DNA of 64,000 bases. Source: Bdellovibrionia bacterium (GTDB taxonomy: Bacteria; Bdellovibrionota; Bdellovibrionia; Bdellovibrionales; JAGQZY01). The stretch's first letter is position 1. Each line of letters begins with the position of its first letter. Location: the NCBI GenBank assembly GCA_030424715.1, contig JAUHWH010000003.1, forward strand, positions 68,148-132,147, read 5' to 3'. Below the pieces are notes generated by a model. That model did not search any database. It was given only the letters and a program-made list of their open reading frames with translations, and was not told the DNA's origin. Made by a program: the position numbers and the translations under genes. Positions 10,598-20,089 of the stretch are shown piece by piece.

Positions 10598-11764
10598 ATG
10601 AAAACTTTGGCTTTTGTTGTTCTATTTTTATGTTTCATTAATGCCGCGCAGGCCAATTATACCGTTCTCGTGTCAGAGCAGGTGGTTGAAGAAGTCGATG
10701 AGCGCAAGGCTCGTGGTCAAGCCATTGATCAGGCCACCGACGCCGTCACTGTCGAGTTGGTCAGAAAAGAAATCGGGAGCGAGCGGTTCAAAGAGAACCA
10801 AAAGAAGGTGGAAGACGAAATCAAGCCACTGAAAAATCGCTTTATACCTTTTTTTAAAATCATTTCGAGTCGAAAAGAAGGGGAGTCCTACCGCTTTAAA
10901 ATCGAAGTGAAGGTGTCGCAAAAAGACCTGCGCTCGGTGTTGCAACAAAAAGGCTTGTTTGCCTCGAGCAAAACCACGGGCATCACTTTGCCTTTTATTG
11001 AATTTAACAACTCACTGAATGGGGAATCCTATCGCTGGTGGTTGCCAGAGCTGGCGGTTTCGAAGGAGCTAGAAGGTCTTTCCATGAATTTTGAGAAAGA
11101 GATCTTTCAGGGTTTTTTAGACAAAGGCTTATTCTTGTTGCGTCCCCAAGCTTTTCAGATGCATCACATGATTCCCGATTTTATGAAAAAGACTTATCTC
11201 ACCCAAACGGAGATGGTGCAGCTTACTAACTTGAAGCAGGGGCAATTGTATTTGGATGGCCGCGTGGATGTTATTTCAAGCCCCTTGCGTGAAAATGCCA
11301 CCCGTATTCGCGTGCAGGTCAGTTGTAAACAGGCCTCCAACGGGAAAAGTGTGGCCGAAGTGGTTCGTACTTTTGATGCGCCATCAGGCCAAGGACTCAA
11401 TCAAATGACCAGTTCGGTGTCACGATTGGCTGTTGAAACGGGGCAAGAGATTGCCAACCAAGTTTACGATCTGTGGCAGCGCGGGGCCTTGGAGGCCCAG
11501 GTGGTGCAACTAGCCGTGACCGGAGAGCTAGACCATATGCAGGTGGTGCGCTTTAAAAACGAGTTGAAAAAGCAGATGGGCCTCAGCAACGACTTGGTTG
11601 AGCGGCTCTACGAGCCCGGTCGGGTGACCTTTGAAATGGACTACTCCGGAGGCGTTGAGGGGCTCAGCCAAAAACTTAAAAACGCCACTTTCGATGGTTT
11701 TATTTCACAAGTGGTCTCAAGCCAGGCCGACCAGATCATCTTAGACGTACGCGTTTCGCAATAG
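10598..11764 (+). CDS. secreted hypothetical protein
   Basis: Start chosen at the ATG giving the signal peptide MKTLAFVVLFLCFINAAQA, with AGGA 9 nt upstream. No known motif recognised. Confidence 0.6.
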   Translation: MKTLAFVVLFLCFINAAQANYTVLVSEQVVEEVDERKARGQAIDQATDAVTVELVRKEIGSERFKENQKKVEDEIKPLKNRFIPFFKIISSRKEGESYRFKIEVKVSQKDLRSVLQQKGLFASSKTTGITLPFIEFNNSLNGESYRWWLPELAVSKELEGLSMNFEKEIFQGFLDKGLFLLRPQAFQMHHMIPDFMKKTYLTQTEMVQLTNLKQGQLYLDGRVDVISSPLRENATRIRVQVSCKQASNGKSVAEVVRTFDAPSGQGLNQMTSSVSRLAVETGQEIANQVYDLWQRGALEAQVVQLAVTGELDHMQVVRFKNELKKQMGLSNDLVERLYEPGRVTFEMDYSGGVEGLSQKLKNATFDGFISQVVSSQADQIILDVRVSQ

Positions 11765-12046
11765 ACCTACGCGATTAAGATTTTTTGAATGCGATTGCAT
11801 CGCTGGTAGTTTTTTTGAACAGACTTCCCTATTGACTCATTGAAGGGCCGTAATAAAGAGTAGAGAGTCGTCGAACTAAGAAGCCTCTCTGTGGGCATGG
11901 CTCGGTATTGCAAAAAGCGAGTGAACTCTGTGGCTTGAAGCTCCGATCCCAAAAGCCATGTCTTTGGGTGTCATCGGGTGAGAGAAGTCAATTATCTCGA
12001 CCATGAGCCAGTAGTTCCTTCGTTTCTTTTCACCCATAATAAGACT

Positions 12047-12985
12047 ATGTCTATACGCTCCTTGATTTTTCCTTGTTTGATCTTTGGTTTGGTACAATGC
12101 TCTTTTTTAGAAGGAGCTCGCAAGCGACGGGGCACTCCAGAGGTGCGAGATCTACCCGCCCAAGCAAGGCCCACAGATGACTCTGGTTTGCGTCGCCGAG
12201 TGGTTGTGCTGCCTTTCTTGAACCTTTCACCTTATGCCTCGGAGAGTGCCGCAGGCATCGCCAAGGCCGCTCTGATCAAACGACTCAACGCCAGTGGTGA
12301 AATCTTAAGTTTGAGTGCCAGCGATTTGCCGGAGGACGTAACAAAATACCAAAAAGACGATGGCTATGATATCGCCAAGTTGCTACCCATGGTTCGTAAA
12401 ATTGGCGCCCACGGTATTGTGGTGGGTCGTATTAAACAGATCCGCACCCGGAAAATCGGCGACAGTGTGGGGCTGATCCGTAAAGTGAGGGCCGAGGTCA
12501 CGGCCCTTGTTGATCTCGAGATGTTTTCGGCAAAGAGTGGTGCATCCATGGTGCGAGAGTCGCGCTCAGCAAAAATCGAAGAAGAGGTCACCCGCGTTGC
12601 TGAAAGCTCCTACAAAGACAAAGAGTTGCGCGACAATCCTCAACTGATTCGTGCGGTGGTCAAAGAGGCCTTTTCAAAGATGGTTTTTAATATCGTGAAA
12701 GCTTTAAGAAAAATGAGTTGGTCCGGTCGCATCGCTCTGGTGCGGGGAGAGAAGCTTTATCTCAACGCCGGTCGCTTGTCAGGCCTGCAGGTCGGAGACA
12801 TTTTAAGAGTGACCGAGGCTAAAGAAGAAGTGTTTGATCCCGAGAGCGGTGGCTTTTTAGGAAACATCACAGGTCGCATGAAGGGTACTGTCGAAGTTAT
12901 TAGTTATTTTGGCAAAGATGGTGCGGTCACCATCGTGCATTCTGGTTCGGGTTTCGAAGAGAATGATTTGGTTGAGTTCTATTAG
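12047..12985 (+). CDS. hypothetical lipoprotein
   Basis: Start chosen at MSIRSLIFPCLIFGLVQC (lipobox-like LVQC). Function not recognised. Confidence 0.55.
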   Translation: MSIRSLIFPCLIFGLVQCSFLEGARKRRGTPEVRDLPAQARPTDDSGLRRRVVVLPFLNLSPYASESAAGIAKAALIKRLNASGEILSLSASDLPEDVTKYQKDDGYDIAKLLPMVRKIGAHGIVVGRIKQIRTRKIGDSVGLIRKVRAEVTALVDLEMFSAKSGASMVRESRSAKIEEEVTRVAESSYKDKELRDNPQLIRAVVKEAFSKMVFNIVKALRKMSWSGRIALVRGEKLYLNAGRLSGLQVGDILRVTEAKEEVFDPESGGFLGNITGRMKGTVEVISYFGKDGAVTIVHSGSGFEENDLVEFY

Positions 12986-13078
12986 TCAAATGTCGAATTG
13001 TTTTAGCTATTAATTTGGAGAGTGTATAGCAGAAGTCTTTGGAAGAGAGGGTGCACCCAATCTTTCTTCAATCTATTT

Positions 13079-14098
13079 TTAAATAAAAATCCCTAAGGCT
13101 TGAGCCATCTTGACCCAGCGATGTTCCGGATCGACGTTGCGAGCGGGGCCCATGAGACTTTCTATGGGGACCGGCATCACTTGACCATTCTTAAAGGCCG
13201 CCGCTTTACCCCATTCGCCTTTATGGGCCAATCGGGCCGCCACGATGCCCATGGCAGTTGTTAAAAAGCGATCCGTCGTGGAAGGTGGGTGGGAGCGTTG
13301 CAGGTGTCCTAGGATCACGTGACGGGCCTCCCAATGGATTTCCTCTTCGGTCCATTTGGCCAAGCGTTCACCAATGCCGTAGTCCGAGACCATAACCGAG
13401 GCGCCACTTTTGTCGAGCTCACGTTGCACGTCTTTTTCAAGAGTCGTCCCCTCTGAGGCCACCACAATGATGCCTCTTTGCTGGCTGTGTTTGCTTTTTA
13501 AAAAATCACGAAATTTATTGAGGTTGAGGGGGCGTTCTGGGATCAGAATGGCATCGGCCATTGAAGCCATACCACCTCCCAAGGCAATCCAGCCGGCGGT
13601 GCGTCCCATGGTTTCAATAATGATAATGCGCTTGTGAGCGCTGGCCGTGGTCCGCAGGTCGTCGATCGCTTCACTGACGACAGAACATGCGGTGTCGTAC
13701 CCGAAAGTGGCATCTGTGCCTGGTAGATCGTTGTCGATGGTCTTAGGCACTCCTATCAAACGCACGCCTTCGATGTCCTGCAAGCATCGAAAGGTGCCAT
13801 CACCACCTGCCACAATAAGACCCTCGATATTCAGCTTGTCATAGGCTTTTTTAAACTCCGTCTCGCGACCTTGGGTGCCGGATCGACTGGATGTGCCGAG
13901 GAGGGTGCCGGCAAAGGCGTGCCGACCACGAACCGTATCCAGAGTCAGGGGAACATGATTACCTGAATAGATCCCTTCAAAACCGTCTTGAATGCCGACC
14001 ACCTCGTGCCCAAGATTGAGCAGGGTTCGAGTGGCGGCTTCAATGATTCCGTTGAGTCCCGGGGCATCACCGCCACCGGTGAGGATTCCAATACGCAT
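13079..14098 (-). CDS. pfkA: ATP-dependent 6-phosphofructokinase
   Basis: MRIGILTGGGDAPGLNG, GGDGT, PKTIDNDL, MGR. Start set at the ATG preceded by GGAGG. The longer ORF reaching 14209 has no support. Confidence 0.9.
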   Translation of the reverse strand: MRIGILTGGGDAPGLNGIIEAATRTLLNLGHEVVGIQDGFEGIYSGNHVPLTLDTVRGRHAFAGTLLGTSSRSGTQGRETEFKKAYDKLNIEGLIVAGGDGTFRCLQDIEGVRLIGVPKTIDNDLPGTDATFGYDTACSVVSEAIDDLRTTASAHKRIIIIETMGRTAGWIALGGGMASMADAILIPERPLNLNKFRDFLKSKHSQQRGIIVVASEGTTLEKDVQRELDKSGASVMVSDYGIGERLAKWTEEEIHWEARHVILGHLQRSHPPSTTDRFLTTAMGIVAARLAHKGEWGKAAAFKNGQVMPVPIESLMGPARNVDPEHRWVKMAQALGIFI

Positions 14099-14294
14099 TT
14101 TTTGGCCTCCTCTTGTTGAAGTCATAAGGTATTCGCCACAATTTAGGATATCACGCCTACCGAGAACTGGAATAAGGGATCTCGGGTTCCCTACCAATGA
14201 CGAGTCCAATCGAATCTGAATCTTTCGAGCATTGGAGTGGGATCAAAAGGCTTTCGCTCATTTTATTTACGGTCGGTGGATTGACTCCCTCGTC

Positions 14295-15557
14295 TTACTT
14301 TGCAAAGTGCATCAAGTAAGCGACGCCAAGTTTGCCAAACTCCTCGGTTTGTTTGGGGCTGTTCATTTTATCCAGGGTGTCGTCCGCGGTGTGAATGGCG
14401 TTGTTGAATCGAAAAGGGTCTTCTGTGGGAAAGGCCACCGGAAAGCCCTGGCGAGACCACGAAGCATGATCACTGCTGCCAAACATCAAAAAGCCGGTGG
14501 TTGCCGGAATACTGTTATACATTTTCGCCAGCTCTTGCAGTTGTCGGGTTAAGTTGGAGGTGGTTCCGTTGCTCACAAACGTAATTTTTGGTTCGCCACT
14601 GGCGTAACCGTTCATATCGAACTGGACCATGGCCAATACTTGTTTGTTTTGTTTTTTGTAACTCTCGGCGATCTCTTTTGACCCCACCAAGCCGATTTCC
14701 TCAGCAGCATAACCGTGTATTTCAATGCTGTGCCTGGGGCGAAAACCCGAAGCCATTAAGACACGGAACACTTCGAGGTTGGTGGCTGTGCCCGAGGCAT
14801 TGTCGTCGGCACCGGGGGCGTTGCCGTTGTTGTTTTGGTTGATAGAATCAATGTGACTACCCAAGATCACAAGCTTTTCGGGCTGCTGATCACCCTCGAT
14901 GCGAACCACGATGGAGGGTTGCGAGGTGCCTCGATGATTCACCAGTTGAATGCTTACATCGGCGCGATCCGCAGGCGTTAGGTCTTGATACATGATCTGT
15001 AATTTCTCGGCCGTGTCTTCTCCTTGTGCCAAGCCCTCGTAGCGAGTTTGCCAAGACACCATGGTTTGTACGGTTTCTAGAATGTTGGCAATTTTCACTT
15101 TCGCAACCGCATCGGAGACATCAGCTTGTTTGCTTTGCACACGCTCGGGCGCGTCTTGCTTGTGCAAGTCCACCGGCATGCTGGAAAGTTTTTGAATCAT
15201 CCCACAAGCGCTACCATCATGGTGAGCTTGAGAAGCGAGCTCTAAGAGTTGATTTTCATTGCGGACTTCGACGATCAAAAATTCACCGGGCTCTTCAAGA
15301 ACCACGTTGGTGTTTTGCAAATACCAAGAGTGTTGGCGACTGTTTTTGGGAAGTTGCAGATAGTAGTAATCGAAGCTTTCAAAATTGGTGAGTGGTGATT
15401 TCACGATATAATGGTTAGCGGTCTCAAGGATGATCCTGTCGTGAGGAGTTCCCATAAAGGTGATGTTACTTTTCGAAATCGCCTGAAAGTCGGGGAGCAG
15501 TGGAGAGGCATTGGCCGACAGCGACAACATGAGCAGAATAGTGATTGTGATTTTCAT
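14295..15557 (-). CDS. secreted M28-family aminopeptidase
   Basis: Signal peptide MKITITILLMLSLSANA. Zn-ligand motifs GSHIDS, PGADDNASGTA, YAAEEIGLVGS, and HTADD near the C-terminus. Confidence 0.85.
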   Translation of the reverse strand: MKITITILLMLSLSANASPLLPDFQAISKSNITFMGTPHDRIILETANHYIVKSPLTNFESFDYYYLQLPKNSRQHSWYLQNTNVVLEEPGEFLIVEVRNENQLLELASQAHHDGSACGMIQKLSSMPVDLHKQDAPERVQSKQADVSDAVAKVKIANILETVQTMVSWQTRYEGLAQGEDTAEKLQIMYQDLTPADRADVSIQLVNHRGTSQPSIVVRIEGDQQPEKLVILGSHIDSINQNNNGNAPGADDNASGTATNLEVFRVLMASGFRPRHSIEIHGYAAEEIGLVGSKEIAESYKKQNKQVLAMVQFDMNGYASGEPKITFVSNGTTSNLTRQLQELAKMYNSIPATTGFLMFGSSDHASWSRQGFPVAFPTEDPFRFNNAIHTADDTLDKMNSPKQTEEFGKLGVAYLMHFAK

Positions 15558-15684
15558 AGATCCCTCCTGGAAGTGCCTGTTAATTGTCCCTTAGTCCTTG
15601 GGGCAGGCGAAGTGAAAACCTCTGAAACAGACCTTAGGCTCGGAAAGCGATCCAAATTGCATTCTTTTTGAGCACTTAGCAGGC

Positions 15685-15715
15685 TTGACACTTTGCTCGA
15701 TCAGTCGGATATATA
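15685..15715 (+). promoter_or_regulatory. candidate sigma70-type promoter for tRNA-Val
   Basis: Consensus TTGACA at 15685-15690 and TATATA at 15710-15715. The 19-nt spacer is longer than ideal. The tRNA begins at 15730. Confidence 0.35.
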
Positions 15716-15729
15716 GTGAATTCGTATGG

Positions 15730-15805
15730 GGTCTCTTGGCGCAGTTGGTAGCGCGTCTCCTTGACATGGAGGAGGTCACTGGTTCGAGCCCAGTAGAGAC
15801 CACCA
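15730..15805 (+). tRNA. tRNA-Val (anticodon GAC), CCA encoded
   Basis: Manual cloverleaf. Acceptor GGTCTCT/AGAGACC, D arm GCGC-AGTTGGTA-GCGC, anticodon stem TCTCC/GGAGG with loop TTGACAT, T arm ACTGG-TTCGAGC-CCAGT, discriminator A plus CCA. Confidence 0.9.
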
Positions 15806-16196
15806 TTTTTCCCAAGCCCTGAAAATTATAAACAAGCGACCCTGAGGACTGGACTCTCTGGCGAAGCCTCAACCCATTGGCTTAGGCATTCACACCCAAC
15901 AAATTCTCTTCAGATGATTTAAGGTCATTCAGTTGTCTGGTCCACAACTCTATCGCTACGACAACCCTTGTTTGGTGGAGAAGCTTCAGAGATACTTTTT
16001 GAGCCTTCTTATTTATCCTAGCCATTTCGAAAAGTATAGCCACTCTTGGTCCCGGATTTAGGCGCTGCAAACAGGTCGAGGATCCTCTGTGCGGTTGTTG
16101 AAACCTAGTCGCTCATTTCCCGTGTCAAAATGAGATTTTAACTCAAGTTGACGCCCCTTTAGCCGATAAATAGAGAGACTAAAAAGAAGGAAAATT

Positions 16197-17159
16197 ATGG
16201 TCCGATCACTTAGACATTCCATTGTTCTTTTCTGCTCAGCCTTTGTTCTCGGTTTTTCTCTCCCGTGCTTTGCAGCGCCTACTTGGAAGAAAGTGTCCGT
16301 CGGGGCTGGAGGTGCCGGCGGTAGTGCAACATCAGCGAATGTTTCGATCTGTTTAGTCCATATTAATTCGAGTAAAGTTGTGGGTGCTGACCTCCTTGCC
16401 GGCTTGCCTGACTCTGTGGAAGTCAAATACATCATTGCCGGGGGCGGTGGTGGTCCCAATGCGGTTGACACGCCTGGCTCCAATGCTCAGGTTAAAACAG
16501 GAACTTTCACAGCCAGTGGCTCAGGAACCTCATTCGCAGTCTACGTCGGCGGTGGAGGAGGAGCGGGTGGATACGGCAGCGGGAGAACGACCGGTGGCGG
16601 TGGCGGTGCTGGTTACTACGGTGGCGGTGGCGGTGGTGGTGCTGGTTCATACGCCAGCTACTATAATGGTAATAGTGCCGGTGGCGGAGGAGGTAGTACT
16701 GCGATCTTATGGAACGGCGTAGTTATTGATTCCGCCAATGGTGGTAGCGGAGCTGACGGCAGCGCTGGAATGACCGGTGGTCAAGGGGGGACAGGCTCAG
16801 CCGGAGGTGCCGCAGGGAGCGATCGCGTTGGTACCACGGCTCAAGCTGGATCTCAATTCAACGGTGGTGATGGTGGAGATTCTACTTACGGCCCTGGGCA
16901 GGGAGCTAGCGGAGGGGATGCCGGATCGGGCGGTGGCGCCGGTTACAGCTCTGGCGGCGGCGGCGGCTACGGAGGTGGTGGTGCCTCCAATAGTGGCGCC
17001 GGTGGTTCGGATGGTGCTAGTGCTGGTGGAGTCGGTTCTAATACCCACCCGACCCTTGACCCACCTGCAGTTCCGACTGCTGTCGGAGCGGCAACTGCAA
17101 CTGGAGGAAATGGTGGCATCGTTATTCTCTATTACAAAGCCCCAATGTGCTTGCTTTAA
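16197..17159 (+). CDS. secreted glycine-rich-domain protein (ALK/phage-type Gly_rich-like)
   Basis: Signal peptide MVRSLRHSIVLFCSAFVLGFSLPCFA. VKYIIAGGGGGP...FAVYVGGGGGAGG, then long GGGG(A/S)G runs. SD AAGGA lies upstream of the ATG. Confidence 0.7.
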   Translation: MVRSLRHSIVLFCSAFVLGFSLPCFAAPTWKKVSVGAGGAGGSATSANVSICLVHINSSKVVGADLLAGLPDSVEVKYIIAGGGGGPNAVDTPGSNAQVKTGTFTASGSGTSFAVYVGGGGGAGGYGSGRTTGGGGGAGYYGGGGGGGAGSYASYYNGNSAGGGGGSTAILWNGVVIDSANGGSGADGSAGMTGGQGGTGSAGGAAGSDRVGTTAQAGSQFNGGDGGDSTYGPGQGASGGDAGSGGGAGYSSGGGGGYGGGGASNSGAGGSDGASAGGVGSNTHPTLDPPAVPTAVGAATATGGNGGIVILYYKAPMCLL

Positions 17160-17322
17160 AAGTCTGCTAATATTGAAAACTGAAACCTTGTTGGCTTAAA
17201 AAAGAGTGTTTGTGGATACTGGTCAACCGCGTGAGTCAACAGGAATTCCCAGAAGATCCCAAGACCTGCTCTTTTCTAACAAACTCTCTTAAGAGCTAGA
17301 GTTTAAAAGACTACAATGGGTG

Positions 17323-18396
17323 TTAATGGATTTTTATGATCTTTCCGCTGTCTGTAGAAAAGTAGAGATGACCATCGGGTCCGCTACGAACGTGACGAAA
17401 ACGTTCATTCAACTCACTAAAGAGCTTTTCTTGCTTGATCACTCTCTGGTCTTTTAAGACCAAGCGTCGCAGATGCTGGCCGCTAAGGTTGGCTAAGAAG
17501 AGATTGTTTTTCCACTCTGTTTTTTGTCCTTTATAAAAAGCCATTCCCGATGGCGAGATACTGGGCACCCAATGGGCCACGGGTTGTTCCATTCCTTTTT
17601 TTTGGGTCCCTCCGATTTTGGGGCCGTGGTATTCAGTCCCATAAGTGATAACGGGCCAACCGTAATTCTTGCCTTTTTGGATGAGGTTCAATTCATCGCC
17701 ACCCTTGGGACCCATTTCACAACTCCATATTTGTTGGGTCTTCGGGTGTTTATCAATGCCTTGGGGATTACGATGGCCGTAGCTCCAAATTTCTGGCAAA
17801 GCACCATCATGGTTAAGAAAAGGATTGCCTGGGGCGGGTTTTCCATCAAGTGTCAGACGTAGGATTTTACCTTGGTGGGTCGACAACTCTTGGGCCCACT
17901 TTCTCTCCCCTCGGTCGCCCACAGTCATAAATATGAAATTATCTTTAAAAACGAGGCGTGAGCCAAAGTGGCGTCCGGTTGTGCTACGAACCTTTGCTTG
18001 AAACAGGGTTTTCAAATTCTTGATTTTTTTACTTTCCCAGATTCCACGGGCTAAAGAGGTGGTGACTTGGTCTTGATGTTCTTCCGAGAAAGTGAAGTAA
18101 ACAAAAGTTTTCTTGTTGTGGGGATAGACTTGCACATCCAACAAGCCCCCTTGGCCTTTGACCCTAACCTGTGGCCCACTTAGCACCACTGATTTTTTCG
18201 AACGAAGATCGTGGTGAGTCAGCTGTCCGCTTCGGTGAGTGATTAACATTTCAGAATTATTTAAAAAGACGAACCCCCATACAACATTGTCACCTTGGTA
18301 GACGGTGGTAAGCTCTGGATTTTTAGCTTGATCAGCGCCAACTACGATTTGACAGGTAATAAAGAACAGAAAAGTGATTAAAAACAAAGTCTTCAT
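17323..18396 (-). CDS. PQQ-dependent soluble sugar (aldose/sorbosone) dehydrogenase-like beta-propeller
   Basis: Signal peptide. Motifs WSYGHRNPQG, NYGWP and PSGMAFY, typical of the GSDH/YliI family. Confidence 0.85.
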   Translation of the reverse strand: MKTLFLITFLFFITCQIVVGADQAKNPELTTVYQGDNVVWGFVFLNNSEMLITHRSGQLTHHDLRSKKSVVLSGPQVRVKGQGGLLDVQVYPHNKKTFVYFTFSEEHQDQVTTSLARGIWESKKIKNLKTLFQAKVRSTTGRHFGSRLVFKDNFIFMTVGDRGERKWAQELSTHQGKILRLTLDGKPAPGNPFLNHDGALPEIWSYGHRNPQGIDKHPKTQQIWSCEMGPKGGDELNLIQKGKNYGWPVITYGTEYHGPKIGGTQKKGMEQPVAHWVPSISPSGMAFYKGQKTEWKNNLFLANLSGQHLRRLVLKDQRVIKQEKLFSELNERFRHVRSGPDGHLYFSTDSGKIIKIH

Positions 18397-18537
18397 AAAA
18401 CGAGCCTTTCTTAAGACTTTTATTGTTATCGGTTATTGATTCTCATGTCGAGCCGGGCTGTGACAGTTCAATAAGGAGAATGCAGTTGTAAAGCAGGTTG
18501 ATCTTTCGCAGCCACGCAACTTTTTTATTAGAAATAC

Positions 18538-18834
18538 TTACGTTAAATATTGGGGAGTATAAAAATCAAAGGAAGTACTCGAGATTTTCAGGGGAATGAT
18601 GCGAGCCAGCAGTTCTATAACTATTTTGAGACCAGTAGTGATGTTTTTTTTCTTAGAGTCAGTAGTGAGAACGTGTCCTTTGCCTGTTCCCATAGGAAAG
18701 AACACATTTTTATCGCCTCTGAATTTTAAGTAGCAGTCACGATTCATCTGATAAATGCCCATGGTCGAATCGTACTTTAAGTTTTTTGGGTAAAAAACTC
18801 CCAATTTGTAAATAGTTCTTAGGTACAGGCCCAT
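18538..18834 (-). CDS. hypothetical small protein (weak call)
   Basis: 98-codon ORF in an AT-rich patch, with AGGA ~10 nt upstream of the ATG. No motif recognised. Confidence 0.25.
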   Translation of the reverse strand: MGLYLRTIYKLGVFYPKNLKYDSTMGIYQMNRDCYLKFRGDKNVFFPMGTGKGHVLTTDSKKKNITTGLKIVIELLARIIPLKISSTSFDFYTPQYLT

Positions 18835-18955
18835 TGAGAAATATCCTAGGAAAAAGGTCTATTCTCAGATACGATAATCATCTTGTCCCAAGCCGGTTCC
18901 GGTGGGAGATTAGTAGTGCTTACCTTTTATGGGCCTTTCTTTTAGAGGAGAAAAA

Positions 18956-19711
18956 ATGATCAGGGCATTAAATGTTGTTTTTATTGTGAGTACCTTGGTT
19001 GGCTGCGTGACCAATTCTTATAACTTCAAAGAGGGACGAGAAAGAGCATCGAGGGCAAGTTCGTTGATGCCACCAGTAAAAGCATCGGATACTGCTGAAA
19101 AGATAAAAAAAGACCTAACCCGCTCATCCTATGTTTACAAATATTCTGAAAGAACGAAAAAAGAAAAAGCCTTCAAAAACCCTAGTCAAAATATTCGGAG
19201 TGAGACCAGAGGTACCGTTGAGATGCACCCGATTTCGACGCCCTATTTGGAAAAACTGCTTGATGAGCATTTACAAGACAAAGCTTTTAAAGAAAAAATG
19301 AATTTCGACGAAAAACTAGCTTTACGCAACAAAATTATGGCCAATGCACTTACTCAAGCCGTCGTCGATAAGGCTAAAAAGCGCAACATCTGTTTTCTTT
19401 TTAGCGTTGGCCACTTGCCGGGGCCTTTTAATAAAGAGCACTGGCATTTCGTGGTCGAGCAAGATGGCGTATCAAAACCAGCCCAATATGCCTCAAAAGT
19501 TAAAAAATCATTGTCTACCCATTCATGGGAGGACAGCAATGGAAATCTTCAAACCTACACCATCGACCATTTCTCTGTGAAAGTGTGTAGCGAAGCTGAA
19601 GTTGACCTGCTCTCGACATTTGCCGTCACCATCGAACCCCGATTTGAAAAAAACTTGGAGCCAATTAAGTTGGTTTGGGCTTCACCAAAAGCTCAAACCT
19701 CAAAGAAATAG
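18956..19711 (+). CDS. hypothetical lipoprotein
   Basis: Start chosen at MIRALNVVFIVSTLVGC (lipobox LVGC), preceded by GGAGAAAAA. AT-rich and Lys-rich, with no known motif. Confidence 0.55.
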   Translation: MIRALNVVFIVSTLVGCVTNSYNFKEGRERASRASSLMPPVKASDTAEKIKKDLTRSSYVYKYSERTKKEKAFKNPSQNIRSETRGTVEMHPISTPYLEKLLDEHLQDKAFKEKMNFDEKLALRNKIMANALTQAVVDKAKKRNICFLFSVGHLPGPFNKEHWHFVVEQDGVSKPAQYASKVKKSLSTHSWEDSNGNLQTYTIDHFSVKVCSEAEVDLLSTFAVTIEPRFEKNLEPIKLVWASPKAQTSKK

Positions 19712-20089
19712 TAAAGTATTCTGTTTTTGAAGTAAGAAAGAAAGTTTATTTGAACATTTTAGAATAGATTTTCTTGATAGCATACTTTTCTAAGCGAGCA
19801 CCGAGCTCGGTTACTAGTTCTGATGAGCAGTGGCTGTGTTCAAAAAAAGATTTCGCATCATAAAATTTCGATAAAAACAGAAAATAGGGCCCTTGACCCG
19901 AAGTGGGTGGCCCCATTTTGGCGGGGGAGAGGAATTATTTATTTCCAAAACCCTCTAATTTCTCCTAGCCACTATAGGGTTTTTCGGTGCGCCAACACCG
20001 TTCCAGTTTCGCGCACCTGGCGGGTTTTGTTTTGAGCCTAGTGCTTTCAGCAGTCTTTTTTTTCTAACTCTTAAAGAGCATTCTAGTAT

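Noticed and set aside
15882-16070. 62-aa minus-strand ORF just downstream of tRNA-Val, considered as an island-borne excisionase or antitoxin.
   Set aside because: No HTH or other motif was recognised. There is no integrase nearby and no repeat of the tRNA 3' end downstream.
16058-17199. Several long ORFs overlapping the glycine-rich gene: 16058-16483(-), 16378-16722(+), 16777-17199(+), 16797-17048(-).
   Set aside because: These are frame artefacts of GGN-rich repetitive DNA. Only the 16197-17159 frame has an SD, a signal peptide and a coherent domain pattern.
19823-20035. 70-aa ORF between convergent genes.
   Set aside because: The sequence is implausible (Arg/Trp/His-rich) and there is no SD. 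The region folds into stem-loops, so it is treated as a candidate ncRNA instead.
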